In this document: one piece after another, positions 48,529 to 58,052 of the stretch
How the letters are laid out: the number at the start of each line of letters is the position of its first letter
Position numbering within the stretch: position 1 is the first letter of the stretch
Source of the DNA: Candidatus Multivorans sp.
Lineage (GTDB): Bacteria > Acidobacteriota > Thermoanaerobaculia > Multivoradales > Multivoraceae
Reading direction: 5' to 3'
Assembly (NCBI GenBank): GCA_965247095.1
Contig: OZ251997.1
Span: forward strand, 3,520,001-3,584,000
DNA: 64,000 nt
Translations under genes and position numbers: made by a program
The notes under the pieces: model-generated
What the model saw: only the letters and a program-made list of their open reading frames with translations
Database searches by the model: none
What the model was told of the DNA's origin: nothing

Positions 48529-49800
48529 TTAGCCGGTAGCCTGGCCGCTTGCGATGAGCGGATGCCGGCGTTGCGGCCACTCCAACAACGGCAGCACCTC
48601 GCACCACTCGCCGGCAGCGGCCGGGGCACTGAACTTCTGCACCCGCACGAGGCCGGCGCCGGCGCCGTAGGCGACCAGGTCGTGGGAACCGAGCGGCGGC
48701 CGGGGGTCGGCCAGCACCATCCCTGACTCGATCCGGAGCCGGCAGGGCAGGAAACGGTCTCGCCACTTCGCGCCCGGCAGCTCGCCCTCGAGCCGTGCCC
48801 GCAGCGCGCCCTGCCAGAAGCCGTCGTCCCCTCCGGTCATGCGCCGCAACAGCGGCCGCACAAGCAGCCAGTACGTGACCATGGCCGAGGCGGGGTTGCC
48901 GGGCAGACCGAACACCCATCCCCGATCGTGGCGGGCGGCCACCAGGGGTTTGCCGGGCTGGATCGCGACCGCGTCGAACAGGATGCGGCAGCCGAGACCG
49001 GTGTTGCCCAGGACCTGCTCGACGAAGTCGAACTCACCCATGGAGACGCCGCCGGAGATCAGCAGCACGTCCGATTCCAGGCCGCGCTCGGCCTTGGCTT
49101 GCAGTTCGGCGGGATCGTCCCGCGCAATGCCGAGCGAGCGGGCCTCGATGCCGAGTTGCGAGAGCGCGGCCCGGAGGAAGTCCCGGTGCGAATCGCGGAG
49201 TTGCCCCGGACCGGGGTCCGCCTCGGCCGGCACGACCTCATCGCCGGTCGAGAGCGTGGCGACCGTCGGCCGGCGGTAGACCGGCGCTTCGTGGATGCCG
49301 TGGGTCGCCAGCACGCCCGCTCCGCCGGGTGTCAGCAGTTCCCCCGCTGCCAGCAGCAGCCCGCCGGACGCGGTGACCTCGGCCTGCCGGCGGATGTGGC
49401 TGTCTGCCGGCGCCGGTTCCACGATGCGGACCGCGCCCGTCGGGTCGTCCGTGCCATCGTCGGCCTCGAACTCGGTCTGCTCGATCGGGATCACCCGGTC
49501 CGCCCCGGCCGGCACGGGCGCTCCGGTCATGATCCGCATGGCTGCGCCGCGTCGAAGTTCCGCTCCCGGCGGGTCGCCCGCGGCGACGATTCCCTCGACC
49601 GGCAGGAGGGTTCCGGGCTCGACGTCCGCGCCGAGGGCGAAGCCGTCCATCGCGGAGACATCGTGGGCGGGAACGTCCACGGTCGCGGTCAGGTCTTCGG
49701 CCAGAACGCGGCCGATCGCGTCGGCGCGGGAGACTCGCTCGCCTTCGAGCGTCTGCGCCTGCGCGGCGATGGCGGTCCAGGCGTCCTCGGGCGACAACAT
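48529..49800 (-). CDS. moeA: Molybdopterin molybdenumtransferase
   Basis: SAMDGFA, IMTGAPVP, STGDEV, SGGVSMG, IQPGKP, GLPGNPASA. Confidence 0.93.
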   Translation of the reverse strand: MLSPEDAWTAIAAQAQTLEGERVSRADAIGRVLAEDLTATVDVPAHDVSAMDGFALGADVEPGTLLPVEGIVAAGDPPGAELRRGAAMRIMTGAPVPAGADRVIPIEQTEFEADDGTDDPTGAVRIVEPAPADSHIRRQAEVTASGGLLLAAGELLTPGGAGVLATHGIHEAPVYRRPTVATLSTGDEVVPAEADPGPGQLRDSHRDFLRAALSQLGIEARSLGIARDDPAELQAKAERGLESDVLLISGGVSMGEFDFVEQVLGNTGLGCRILFDAVAIQPGKPLVAARHDRGWVFGLPGNPASAMVTYWLLVRPLLRRMTGGDDGFWQGALRARLEGELPGAKWRDRFLPCRLRIESGMVLADPRPPLGSHDLVAYGAGAGLVRVQKFSAPAAAGEWCEVLPLLEWPQRRHPLIASGQATG

Positions 49801-49974
49801 GGCGCTCTTGTTATCCGAGCGGCCGCGGCGCCCTCAATGGCGGCCGCGGCCCATGAAGCCGGCCCAGTTCACGGTGCTGACTTGCCACCTCCCGCTCGGG
49901 GTCGGTGGCGAAGCGCCCAGACGCCGCGCACGACCGGCTCGTACCAGAATCCCCATAGGCAGTGAGGAGGAAGA

Positions 49975-51249
49975 TCAATAGGAGATGATCTCGGCGATGC
50001 GGTGGTTCTGAATCTGGCGCCGGATGACCTCAGAGGAAACGAGGAACTCATGGGCGAAATCATCAATCTGTTCGCTATCCACGCGCTGGGTGTTGATTCG
50101 ACTATCTAGCGAAGCGGAGGGAGCAAGAAACTCCGCTGCGAATGCCCGCGCCCGCGCCTGAGAGTCGGTTGCCACCGCACTGAGCAGGCTGAACTCGGCT
50201 GTAGGCCGTCCGAGGAAATCACCGAGTGCCCGAGCTTGGAGGAACCGAGTGCCTGTCTGTCGGCGTCGTGCTATTACGCATTGAGGAGTATCGGCTCCAA
50301 CGAGTCCATGAAGTCGCGCAGTCGGTACTTCTCTTGACTCGTAAGGGATGGCCAGTGGGCCGTTGTCAAGGTCGATGGAGCCACCATTGGCCCCGATCCT
50401 TTCTCGTACTGCGCGCGCCGTCTCGTAGCCCCAAGTCCACGGTTCAGGACCGAAAGTCGGCAGTTGCAACCCTTGGCGGATTCTTGGCCACTCGCTGCTT
50501 CTCTGCACTGCTTGGACGGTCCTCCTGGCATCCTCCAGCCAGTTGGTGATGGATGTCAACTCCAAGCCCTTGGCTACGGCTAGTGCATCCTCTCGAACAG
50601 ACGCGTCCGTACCGTTCCAGAAGCCTATGATGAGTTCCGCGACGTGATCTTCCACGTCAAAGGGGTCAACTCCGAAGAGCGCAGCAGCTCGACTGAATTC
50701 GAGTTCGCTGTCGTCAAGGTTGTTGATGGCGCTCCAGTTGCGGCTAAGGTCTTCGGCGGCAACCGCAGTTTCGGCATCTTCCTGGAGCCGGTTCAGCACG
50801 GCATCAATAAGTTTGCGGAACTCGGCTTCAAGCTCCTCTCGTTCGACTACTAGGCTTCCCTCTTGGAGGAAAGCGACTTGGGCGTACTGTAGGTCACTCC
50901 GAACCCACCTCAGTTGCATTCGGGTTTCCGAAGCGGGAGTGATGGTGAGTTCGGGCAATGCGAATCCACTTCCGGCCCAAGCCAGATTGTGTCGGGACGC
51001 GAACTCCGGATCCTGCCCTTCCATGTCTGCGACTTCGTACCGAATGTGGCACCAGTTGGCAACCAACCAGTCGGCAATGTTGAATAGCGGGATGATGACC
51101 GATTCCCGGTAGGTGTTGGTCAGGCGGTCAACGACTGCCGTGATTGCTGTCTTGTCCGCCGTGATGCGGAGTTCAGCCATAGTGAGCTCAGAGAGCCTGT
51201 CGGGTGACGAACCTGGATCGAACCAGTCAAACTCGAAGCGCACGGTCAT
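49975..51249 (-). CDS. Protein with a C-terminal degenerate ImmA/IrrE (DUF955)-like domain
   Basis: TRFLQARALGDFL sits where RFxxAHELGH would be; QARARAFAAEFLAP; FAHEFLVSSEVIRRQIQN HTH-like end; codon usage is more AT-rich than the flanks. Confidence 0.65.
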   Translation of the reverse strand: MTVRFEFDWFDPGSSPDRLSELTMAELRITADKTAITAVVDRLTNTYRESVIIPLFNIADWLVANWCHIRYEVADMEGQDPEFASRHNLAWAGSGFALPELTITPASETRMQLRWVRSDLQYAQVAFLQEGSLVVEREELEAEFRKLIDAVLNRLQEDAETAVAAEDLSRNWSAINNLDDSELEFSRAAALFGVDPFDVEDHVAELIIGFWNGTDASVREDALAVAKGLELTSITNWLEDARRTVQAVQRSSEWPRIRQGLQLPTFGPEPWTWGYETARAVRERIGANGGSIDLDNGPLAIPYESREVPTARLHGLVGADTPQCVIARRRQTGTRFLQARALGDFLGRPTAEFSLLSAVATDSQARARAFAAEFLAPSASLDSRINTQRVDSEQIDDFAHEFLVSSEVIRRQIQNHRIAEIISY

Positions 51250-51638
51250 GGGAGTCCTCGTACTCCCTCGTTTCGCTCCAAGGGGTATCCGTGGTACTCG
51301 CCCGAACCAGGTGATCCTTGGCGAGCTTCAAAGATGATCTCGCCTTCGCGGCGCCAGGCGTATCTCGGGTAACCGGCTTCCCATGCACCGGTATTGCCGG
51401 AGCGGATGGCATCTCGTAGCCACAGCTCGACAAGGTCGGGGCGCTCGGTCAAGTGGACAGGACAGAGCGAGGCCGTGGGGCGAGATCGTGGCGGTCCTGC
51501 AGGCGTTGGAATGCTCCGGTGGTAGGGACTTTCAACGTACTTACAGGACTCGGCGACTCGTGCCAAGTCCTTGCCTTTTGGTGCGGGCTTCACCTTGCGC
51601 GCCCTCACGCTACCGCGCTGAAATCTCGGTGGTCTCAA
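51246..51638 (-). CDS. Small basic protein with C-terminal YHGYP motif (putative RNase-like toxin)
   Basis: YVESPYH, C, GYPRYAW, FEAR, GEYHGYPL; 4-bp overlap with the downstream gene. Confidence 0.6.
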   Translation of the reverse strand: MRPPRFQRGSVRARKVKPAPKGKDLARVAESCKYVESPYHRSIPTPAGPPRSRPTASLCPVHLTERPDLVELWLRDAIRSGNTGAWEAGYPRYAWRREGEIIFEARQGSPGSGEYHGYPLERNEGVRGLP

Positions 51639-51750
51639 GGTCTCGCCTTTGAGGAATCGGAGAGTGGTCTCCGAGCATCAAGCAACGCATGGGGACGGCT
51701 TCGCCTTGCGGGCGCTCGGTCTCGTTGGCCGTGCGGCGATTATAGACCGG

Positions 51751-51860
51751 CTACGCAGCCTTGCCCGTCAGGCTCTTGTAGGTGAGTCGTCGGCCGATCA
51801 TCCCGATGAAGAGGAGCGTCATCTGTTCGATCGTGTCCAGCTCGCGAACGTTCTGGCGCT
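51751..51860 (-). mobile_element. IS1595-family transposase C-terminal relic
   Basis: Manual translation RQNVRELDTIEQMTLLFIGMIGRRLTYKSLTGKAA* matches the recalled IS1595 C-terminus (N.R..DT..QM....GM.G.RLTY..L). Confidence 0.7.
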
Positions 51861-51944
51861 TTGTTCTTGCGTCGCCATTTTCGCTGAGGACGGTGCACTA
51901 TAGGTTCGTACCGTCGGCTAGGGGCGCTCGTTGACACGGAGGCA

Positions 51945-53087
51945 TCACCCGATCTGCGTCAAAGCCGAGTACATCGGCAGGTACATCGAGATCACGATGG
52001 CGCCGATGATGATGCCGAGGACGCTGATCAGCGCGGGTTCGAGGAGCTTCATCATGCTGTCGACGTCGTTGTCGACCTCCTCCTCGTAGAAGTCGGCGAT
52101 GCGGGTGAGCATGGGGCTCAGGGTGCCGGTCTGCTCGCCGACGTAGACGATCTGGCAGAGCATGGCGGGGAAGATTTTCGCGTGGCGCAGCGACTGGTTG
52201 ATCGGACGGCCCTGTTCGACTTCCCGGCGCACCTTGCGGAGGGCGCCTGCGACCACGACGTTGCCGGCGGCGTCGGCGGCAATGGACAGCGCGCTCAGGA
52301 TCGGAATGCCCGAGGAGAGCAGGATGGACAGGGTGCGGCAGATGCGTCCGGTGGCGATCCGCAGCATGAGCTTGCCGACGACGGGCAGCCGCAGCAGCAG
52401 ACGGTCGGCCGCCTCCCGGCCCCGCCGCGTACGGAGCAGCCGGTTCGCGGCAAACCCGGCCGCAGCGGCGAGCGCGAGCAACACGAGCACGTAGGCGCCG
52501 ATGAACTCGCTGACGCCGACCACGAGCCGGGTCAGGAGCGGCAGGTCGCCGCCGATGTCGTCGAAGAGGTGCTGGAACACCGGGATCACCTTCCACAGGA
52601 TCAGGAACACGACCGCGGTGGCAACGGTGAGGATGGCGGCCGGATAGGTCAGGGCGGAACGCACCTGGTTGCGTAGCTTGGCGACCTTCTCGATGTGGCT
52701 CGCCAGCCGATCCATCACCGTGTTCAGAGCGCCGCTGGCCTCGCCCGACGCGACCAGGTTGACGTAGAGATCGCCGAAGACGCGCGGCCGGCTCTTCATT
52801 GCGTCGGCCAGGCCGGCGCCCGCTTCGACTTCCGAGCGGACCTCGAGCAGGATCGAGCGCAGGCCCGGGTGCTGGCCCTCGACGCTGAGGATCTCGAGGC
52901 TCTGGAGCAGGGGCAGGCCGGCGTCGAGCAGCACCGCGAACTGGCGGCTGAAGACGGCGAGCGTCTTCGGGCCGACGCGCTGGCCCGGCCGCCACCAGGC
53001 CGGGCGGCGAGCCTTCGGGGGTGCGTCCTCGTCGACCTTCGGGTCCGGTACGAGGGGCTCGTCGTCGTCGAGCCAGCGCGGGAGCAT
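51945..53087 (-). CDS. pilC: Type II secretion F-family / type IV pilus platform protein
   Basis: FSRQFAVLLDAGLPL, SGEASGAL, ALTYP, GEQTGTL, LLEPALI, MYLPMY. Confidence 0.9.
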   Translation of the reverse strand: MLPRWLDDDEPLVPDPKVDEDAPPKARRPAWWRPGQRVGPKTLAVFSRQFAVLLDAGLPLLQSLEILSVEGQHPGLRSILLEVRSEVEAGAGLADAMKSRPRVFGDLYVNLVASGEASGALNTVMDRLASHIEKVAKLRNQVRSALTYPAAILTVATAVVFLILWKVIPVFQHLFDDIGGDLPLLTRLVVGVSEFIGAYVLVLLALAAAAGFAANRLLRTRRGREAADRLLLRLPVVGKLMLRIATGRICRTLSILLSSGIPILSALSIAADAAGNVVVAGALRKVRREVEQGRPINQSLRHAKIFPAMLCQIVYVGEQTGTLSPMLTRIADFYEEEVDNDVDSMMKLLEPALISVLGIIIGAIVISMYLPMYSALTQIG

Positions 53088-53193
53088 CGGTCAATCTCTC
53101 CGGGAGGTTGCAGCCCGCGCCCGGGAAGCGGGCGAAGCGTGGCGTACGCCCGCGCGGCGCCCCGTGCCGTTCCCGCCGCGCCGCCGGGTTCGT

Positions 53194-53853
53194 CTATTCG
53201 GGCTGGGCTTCGTCCGCCGGCGGCTCGGGGATGGCCACTTCCGTTTCCCCGAGCAGCACCAACAACTGCGTAATGCGCCCGCGGCTGTCGCCGTCGTCGC
53301 CGGCCGGGTGCTGGGAGACCAGGGTGACGAGCCGGTTCTCCAGCGGATGCAGCATGAACAGCCGGATCTGCTGCTGGGTGACGGCGTCGTCGCCCAGGAA
53401 GCGTCCTCGGGTGTACCGGGCCGGCCCGAGCGGACCGATAATCTGCCGGCCCGCGAGGTGGACGCCTTCCGGCATCCCCTCGTAGAACGGCTTGTGGCCC
53501 TTCGCCACGTCGTCGATCTCGATGCCGAAATCGCTGGGCTCGCCGACTTCCAGCCAGATGCTGCCCGGCGGCCCGGCGGGCGTCTCCGTGGTCTCGAGTA
53601 GTTCGCAGGCGAGCTCGAACGGTAGCTCGCTCGGCTCGACGTGGGTGCAGCCGTCCGGCAGGGCGTTGAAGGCGAGCGCCTCCTCCTCCAGGACGATCCG
53701 CACCGGACCGGTTTCCTCCGGTTCCGCCGCGCTCTGACAGCCGATGAGTACAGTCGAGACACCTGTACAGACCAAGACGAAAACAGCGGTGCGGAACGCG
53801 GTGCCGAGGGGCCCGCGGCCCGGCGCAGCAGGGGTCAGGTGGCGCCTGAACAT
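53194..53853 (-). CDS. Hypothetical lipoprotein
   Basis: Hydrophobic segment ending LIGC; high-GC3 codon usage. Confidence 0.6.
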   Translation of the reverse strand: MFRRHLTPAAPGRGPLGTAFRTAVFVLVCTGVSTVLIGCQSAAEPEETGPVRIVLEEEALAFNALPDGCTHVEPSELPFELACELLETTETPAGPPGSIWLEVGEPSDFGIEIDDVAKGHKPFYEGMPEGVHLAGRQIIGPLGPARYTRGRFLGDDAVTQQQIRLFMLHPLENRLVTLVSQHPAGDDGDSRGRITQLLVLLGETEVAIPEPPADEAQPE

Positions 53854-53927
53854 GGCGGGGACAGTACCATGCGGACCACCGCCAAACCCTGCTGCGGGGT
53901 GGTGAATGACCTACGGAGGAAGTCACG

Positions 53928-55256
53928 GTGGATAGACCGATCGCACGCGTTCTCAACTTGATCGACGACGGCGAACAACGCCTGTGGAACCTGACGCCGG
54001 ACGAGGCCCGGAAACGGCTGCTGCGCGGCCCCGAGGCGGTCCTGGGCATCGACGGGTCGTTCGCGCTCGCCGCCCGCCGGGGAGTGGACATCGTCATGGC
54101 CCGCAGTCTCGACCGGCCGATGCGCTACTTCCTGGCCAAGGAGTCCTCCGGGCCGATGCTGGTCATCGCCCAGCGCATCGACGAGATCAGGGACTGTCTC
54201 GCTGGCGAGGGGTATCTCGACCAGTTCCACCCCACCTACACGCGGATGGTCCCGGCGCACCACGCCACGACGCTGCGCCTGATCGGCTGCCCCGACCCTA
54301 ACCCGACCCACGAGCGCTTCTTCGATCCGCCGCGCGGCACGTTGCCGCCGGATCTCGACCTGATCGGCGAGCGCTACGTCGAGGCCCTGATGTTCGAGCT
54401 CCGCGGCTGGCTGGCCGCCATGCCGCCGGAGCGGGCGCGGGCGCCGATCGGGGTCTGCTTCTCCGGCGGCATCGACAGCGGCGCCGTGCTGGTGGCGCTC
54501 AACCACGCTTTGCTCGAGGGCGGTTCGAGCGCCGCCCGGCTCAAGGCGTTCACGCTCCGGGTCGGTGACGGCGCCGGCGACGCCGCCCAGGCGCGCGAGT
54601 TCCTTCGGCGCGTGGACCTCGAGATGCTGGGCGAGGAGATCGCGGCCGGCGCCGAGGCGGTCGATCCGCTGCGGGCGGTCGAGGTGATCGAGGACTACAA
54701 GCCGCTCGACGTCGAGTGCGCCGCCGTCGGCCTGGCCCTGCTGCGCGGCATTCGGGCGCGCTATCCGGACTGGCGGCTCCTGGTGGACGGCGACGGTGGC
54801 GACGAGAACCTGAAGGACTACCCGCTGGAGGAGAACCACGAGCTGACGATCACCAGCGTCGTGGGCAACTCGATGCTCTACCAGGAGGGTTGGGGCATAG
54901 GCATGATCAAGCACTCCCAGACCTACTCGGGCGGCCTGGGGCGGGCCACCGTCCGCACCCACGCGCCAGCCCGGCTGCTCGGCTTCGAAGGCTTCAGTCC
55001 CTTCACCCGGCCGTCCGTGATCGCGGTGGCCGAGGCGATCCCGTTCGACACGCTGGTCGGCAGCTCGCACGAGACCCTGTACGAGCTCAAGGGCGAAGTC
55101 GTGCGGCGGGGCATGAAGCGGGTGCTCGGCATCGACTTCCCGGTCTTCCCCAAGCGCCGCTTCCAGGAGGGCGCGGCGTCGGAGGACGTGTTCGCCGCCG
55201 CCTTCGACCGTCCGCCCGAGCAGTACCGCCGCCACTTCCAGTCGCTCTACGGGTAG
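53928..55256 (+). CDS. Asparagine-synthase-related adenylating enzyme lacking the N-terminal catalytic Cys
   Basis: PP-loop FSGGIDSG, DGDGGDE, SPF, PKRRFQEG; RBS GGAGG. Confidence 0.8.
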   Translation: MDRPIARVLNLIDDGEQRLWNLTPDEARKRLLRGPEAVLGIDGSFALAARRGVDIVMARSLDRPMRYFLAKESSGPMLVIAQRIDEIRDCLAGEGYLDQFHPTYTRMVPAHHATTLRLIGCPDPNPTHERFFDPPRGTLPPDLDLIGERYVEALMFELRGWLAAMPPERARAPIGVCFSGGIDSGAVLVALNHALLEGGSSAARLKAFTLRVGDGAGDAAQAREFLRRVDLEMLGEEIAAGAEAVDPLRAVEVIEDYKPLDVECAAVGLALLRGIRARYPDWRLLVDGDGGDENLKDYPLEENHELTITSVVGNSMLYQEGWGIGMIKHSQTYSGGLGRATVRTHAPARLLGFEGFSPFTRPSVIAVAEAIPFDTLVGSSHETLYELKGEVVRRGMKRVLGIDFPVFPKRRFQEGAASEDVFAAAFDRPPEQYRRHFQSLYG

Positions 55257-55283
55257 CGGTTCCGGCTGGACCGGGGAGCGGGA

Positions 55284-56273
55284 ATGGGAAAGGGGTCCGA
55301 CGAGGCGCCGGGATTCGATCCGGCCGCCGTTCGGGCGCTTCGTCCGCCGAAGCCGGTGCTCGACCCCTGGCGGCCCCAGGGCGTGACGGTCGAGCTGGAG
55401 CGAGAGCCCGACGGTGCGCTCCGTGGGTCGGCGACCGTGTTCCTGACCGGGGCCGAGTGCCCGTTCACCTGCGTGTTCTGCGACCTGTGGCGGTACACCG
55501 CCTCTGGACCGACGCCGGAGGGAGCGCTGCCGGCGCAGTTGCGATCGGCCCTGGAACGGCTTCCCGGTCTTCTCAGTGAGGCCGGTCTCGACCGCTGCGA
55601 CCGGCTCAAGCTCTACAACGCGAGCAACTTCTTCGAGCCGCGCGCGGTGCCGGAGGCGGACCTGGAACCGATCGCGCGGCTTGCCGACGGCTTCGATCGG
55701 GTAGTCGTCGAGTGCCATCCGCGCCTCGTGGACGGCCGGGTGCGGCGCTTCGCCGACCGGCTCGAAGGTCGGCTGGAGGTGGCGATGGGCCTGGAGACGG
55801 TGCACCCGCAAGCCCTGCCGCGGCTCGGCAAGCAGTTGACGCTGGACCAGTTCGACCGGGCCGCGGCGCGTCTGCTCGAGGAGGGCATCGACCTGCGGGC
55901 GTTCGTGCTCGTGGGCGTGCCGTTCGTGCCGGCGGAGGAGCAGGCGCAGTGGGCTGCCGCGAGTGTGCGACACGCGGCGAGGGCCGGCGCCCGGTCGGTG
56001 GCGCTGATTCCGGTGCGGGGCGGCAACGGGGAACTGGAGCGGCTCGAGCGGCTCGGCTGGTTCGAGCCTCCCGACCTGGCCCTGGTGGGGGAGTCGCTGG
56101 CGTGCGGGCTCGAGACGGTCGCTCGGAGGGCGGCGGTGCAGGTCGACCCCTGGGATCTCGACCGCATCGCTTCGACCTGCGGCGCCTGCCGGGCCTCCCG
56201 CATCCAGGCGATCCGGGAGATGAACCGCACCGGCGAACCGCGGCGGACGGCGTGCGATGACTGCGGCGACTAG
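55284..56273 (+). CDS. Radical SAM protein, RaSEA/TIGR01210-like
   Basis: CPFTCVFC (CxxxCxxC), LKLYNASNFF, VVECHP, EVAMGLET, C-terminal CGAC...CDDC. Confidence 0.8.
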   Translation: MGKGSDEAPGFDPAAVRALRPPKPVLDPWRPQGVTVELEREPDGALRGSATVFLTGAECPFTCVFCDLWRYTASGPTPEGALPAQLRSALERLPGLLSEAGLDRCDRLKLYNASNFFEPRAVPEADLEPIARLADGFDRVVVECHPRLVDGRVRRFADRLEGRLEVAMGLETVHPQALPRLGKQLTLDQFDRAAARLLEEGIDLRAFVLVGVPFVPAEEQAQWAAASVRHAARAGARSVALIPVRGGNGELERLERLGWFEPPDLALVGESLACGLETVARRAAVQVDPWDLDRIASTCGACRASRIQAIREMNRTGEPRRTACDDCGD

Positions 56274-57867
56274 CGCGGCAGAACGCCGCGAGATCGTGAT
56301 CGCCGGCGGGGGGTTCGCCGGGTCCATCCTGGCGCGAGCACTCCATGCCGACGGCCGCGACGTGCTGCTGCTCGAGCGCGGCCGCCACCCGCGGTTCGCG
56401 CTCGGCGAGTCGTCCACGCCGCTGGCCAACCTGGCCCTGGAGCGGCTGGCGGTCCACTACCGCTTTGAGGATCTGTGGACGCTGGCCGCCCACGGCCGCT
56501 GGCGGCGCGGGCTGCCCGAGGTCGGCGGGGGATTGAAGCGGGGCTTCTGCTTCTACTCCCACCGTCCGGGCCAGGCCTTCATGCCGGATGCCGCCGGCGG
56601 TCGCCGCCTGGTCGTCGCCGCGTCGCCGGACGACGATGCCGCCGACAACCAGTGGCTGCGCGCGGATGTGGACCGCTTCCTGTTCGAGCGCGCCCGGGCC
56701 GAGGGCGTGGACTGCCGGGAGGAAACGGCGGTCGAGGTGGTCTCGACGCCGGACGGCCCGCGAGGGGGACCGGTCCGGATCCGGGCCGGCGGCCGCGTCG
56801 TCGAGGCCGGCCTCCTGGTCGACGCGACCGGCGGATCGCCACTCGCCGAACAGTTGGGCGCCTGCTCGCTGCCGCCGCGGCTGCAGACGACCCTGGTGTA
56901 CTCGCATTTCGACGGCATCGCTCCCTTCGACCGCGGCGACGACTGGCCGGATTCGCCCTTTGGCGAGCGCTGGAGCGCCGCCCACCACCTGCTGGAGGAG
57001 GGTTGGATGTACCAGCTCCGCTTCGACGACGGTTCGGTGAGCGCCGGCGTCCTGCTCCCCGAGGACCGGCCCGCGGCCGCCGGCGCCCTCGAGCTCCTGG
57101 CCGCCGCCGGCTCAGGGGATCGCGCCGCCGCCGGTTCCGCCTTCGCCTCCCTGCTCGATCGCTACCCGTCGCTGTCGCGCCAGTTCGCCGAGCACCAGCC
57201 TCTACGGGACTTGGAGTCGCGCTCCGGCGTTGCCTACCGCCGCGACCGGGCCGTGGGTCCGGGCTGGCTGCTTCTGCCCCACAGTTACGCCTTCGCCGAC
57301 CCCATGTTCTCGACCGGCATCGCCTGGAGCCTGCTCGCCGTCGAGCGGATCGCCGGCCTCTGCAGCGGCGGTTTGCCCGCGGCGGGCGATCTCGACCGCT
57401 ACGGCCGGCTGCTGGCCGTCGAGGCGGACCACATCGACCGGCTGCTGGCCGCCGCCTACCGCCTGATGCCGGGCATGGAGCGCTTCACTGCCGCCGCGAT
57501 GGCCTACTTCGCGGCTGCGAGCTTCGACGAACTGCGCCAGCGGCTGCTCGACCCTCCGAACGAGGGCTGGTGCTGGCAGGGCTTCCTGGGCGCCGATGAC
57601 GCGCTCCGCCGCGGGCTGTTCGAGGAACTCGACGAGCGCTCGGCCAACCCCGCGGCGGCCCGGAAGCTGACGGACTGGATCGGGCCCGCGATCGAACCCC
57701 GCAACCTGATCGGCCTAGACGACCCGCGTCGCCGCAACGTCTACCCGGTCGACCTGGCGGGCATGGAGCGGCGACAGGAACAGATCGCGGCCGGTCTCGA
57801 AGTGGCGCCGGCGGAGCTCCGGCGGCGCTGGTCTCGGTTGCGGAGTCCGGACCGGATGCCGGGCTAG
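56257..57867 (+). CDS. Flavin-dependent halogenase-like enzyme
   Basis: GGGFAG, HPRFALGESSTP, conserved Lys in LKRGF, RADVD, DATG, FADPMFSTG; WxWxIP replaced by WMYQLRF. Confidence 0.75.
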   Translation: MTAATSAAERREIVIAGGGFAGSILARALHADGRDVLLLERGRHPRFALGESSTPLANLALERLAVHYRFEDLWTLAAHGRWRRGLPEVGGGLKRGFCFYSHRPGQAFMPDAAGGRRLVVAASPDDDAADNQWLRADVDRFLFERARAEGVDCREETAVEVVSTPDGPRGGPVRIRAGGRVVEAGLLVDATGGSPLAEQLGACSLPPRLQTTLVYSHFDGIAPFDRGDDWPDSPFGERWSAAHHLLEEGWMYQLRFDDGSVSAGVLLPEDRPAAAGALELLAAAGSGDRAAAGSAFASLLDRYPSLSRQFAEHQPLRDLESRSGVAYRRDRAVGPGWLLLPHSYAFADPMFSTGIAWSLLAVERIAGLCSGGLPAAGDLDRYGRLLAVEADHIDRLLAAAYRLMPGMERFTAAAMAYFAAASFDELRQRLLDPPNEGWCWQGFLGADDALRRGLFEELDERSANPAAARKLTDWIGPAIEPRNLIGLDDPRRRNVYPVDLAGMERRQEQIAAGLEVAPAELRRRWSRLRSPDRMPG

Positions 57868-57902
57868 GAGACTGCGCGGCAGAACGATCCGACCTGGGAA
57901 CC

Positions 57903-57963
57903 CGTGTGGCGCGACCCGCGCCACACGCGAACCACTCCGTGGGCCCGTCATCGGGCGCACGGA
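57903..57963. repeat. Two adjacent hairpins including REP-like palindrome copy 2 (57936-57963)
   Basis: CGTGTGGCGCG-ACC-CGCGCCACACG then TCCGTGGGCCCG-TCAT-CGGGCGCACGGA, between convergent genes. Confidence 0.7.
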
Positions 57964-58052
57964 TGGCACGCGGGCATCCTGCCCGCATCCGGCGCGAAGC
58001 GCCGGCCTCCGGTAGTTCTGCCGGGCTAGCGCGGTAGCGACTCTCTACCGCC

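Noticed and set aside
53928-55256. Lasso-peptide cyclase / RiPP cluster
   Set aside because: No precursor peptide, RRE or transglutaminase-like protease gene is visible nearby.
53835-56429. 864-aa minus-strand ORF and many similar long Arg/Pro/Gly-rich ORFs (e.g. 3019-4524, 22538-24673, 41568-43235)
   Set aside because: Shadow or alternative frames of motif-bearing genes, expected at this GC content; no recognisable motifs.
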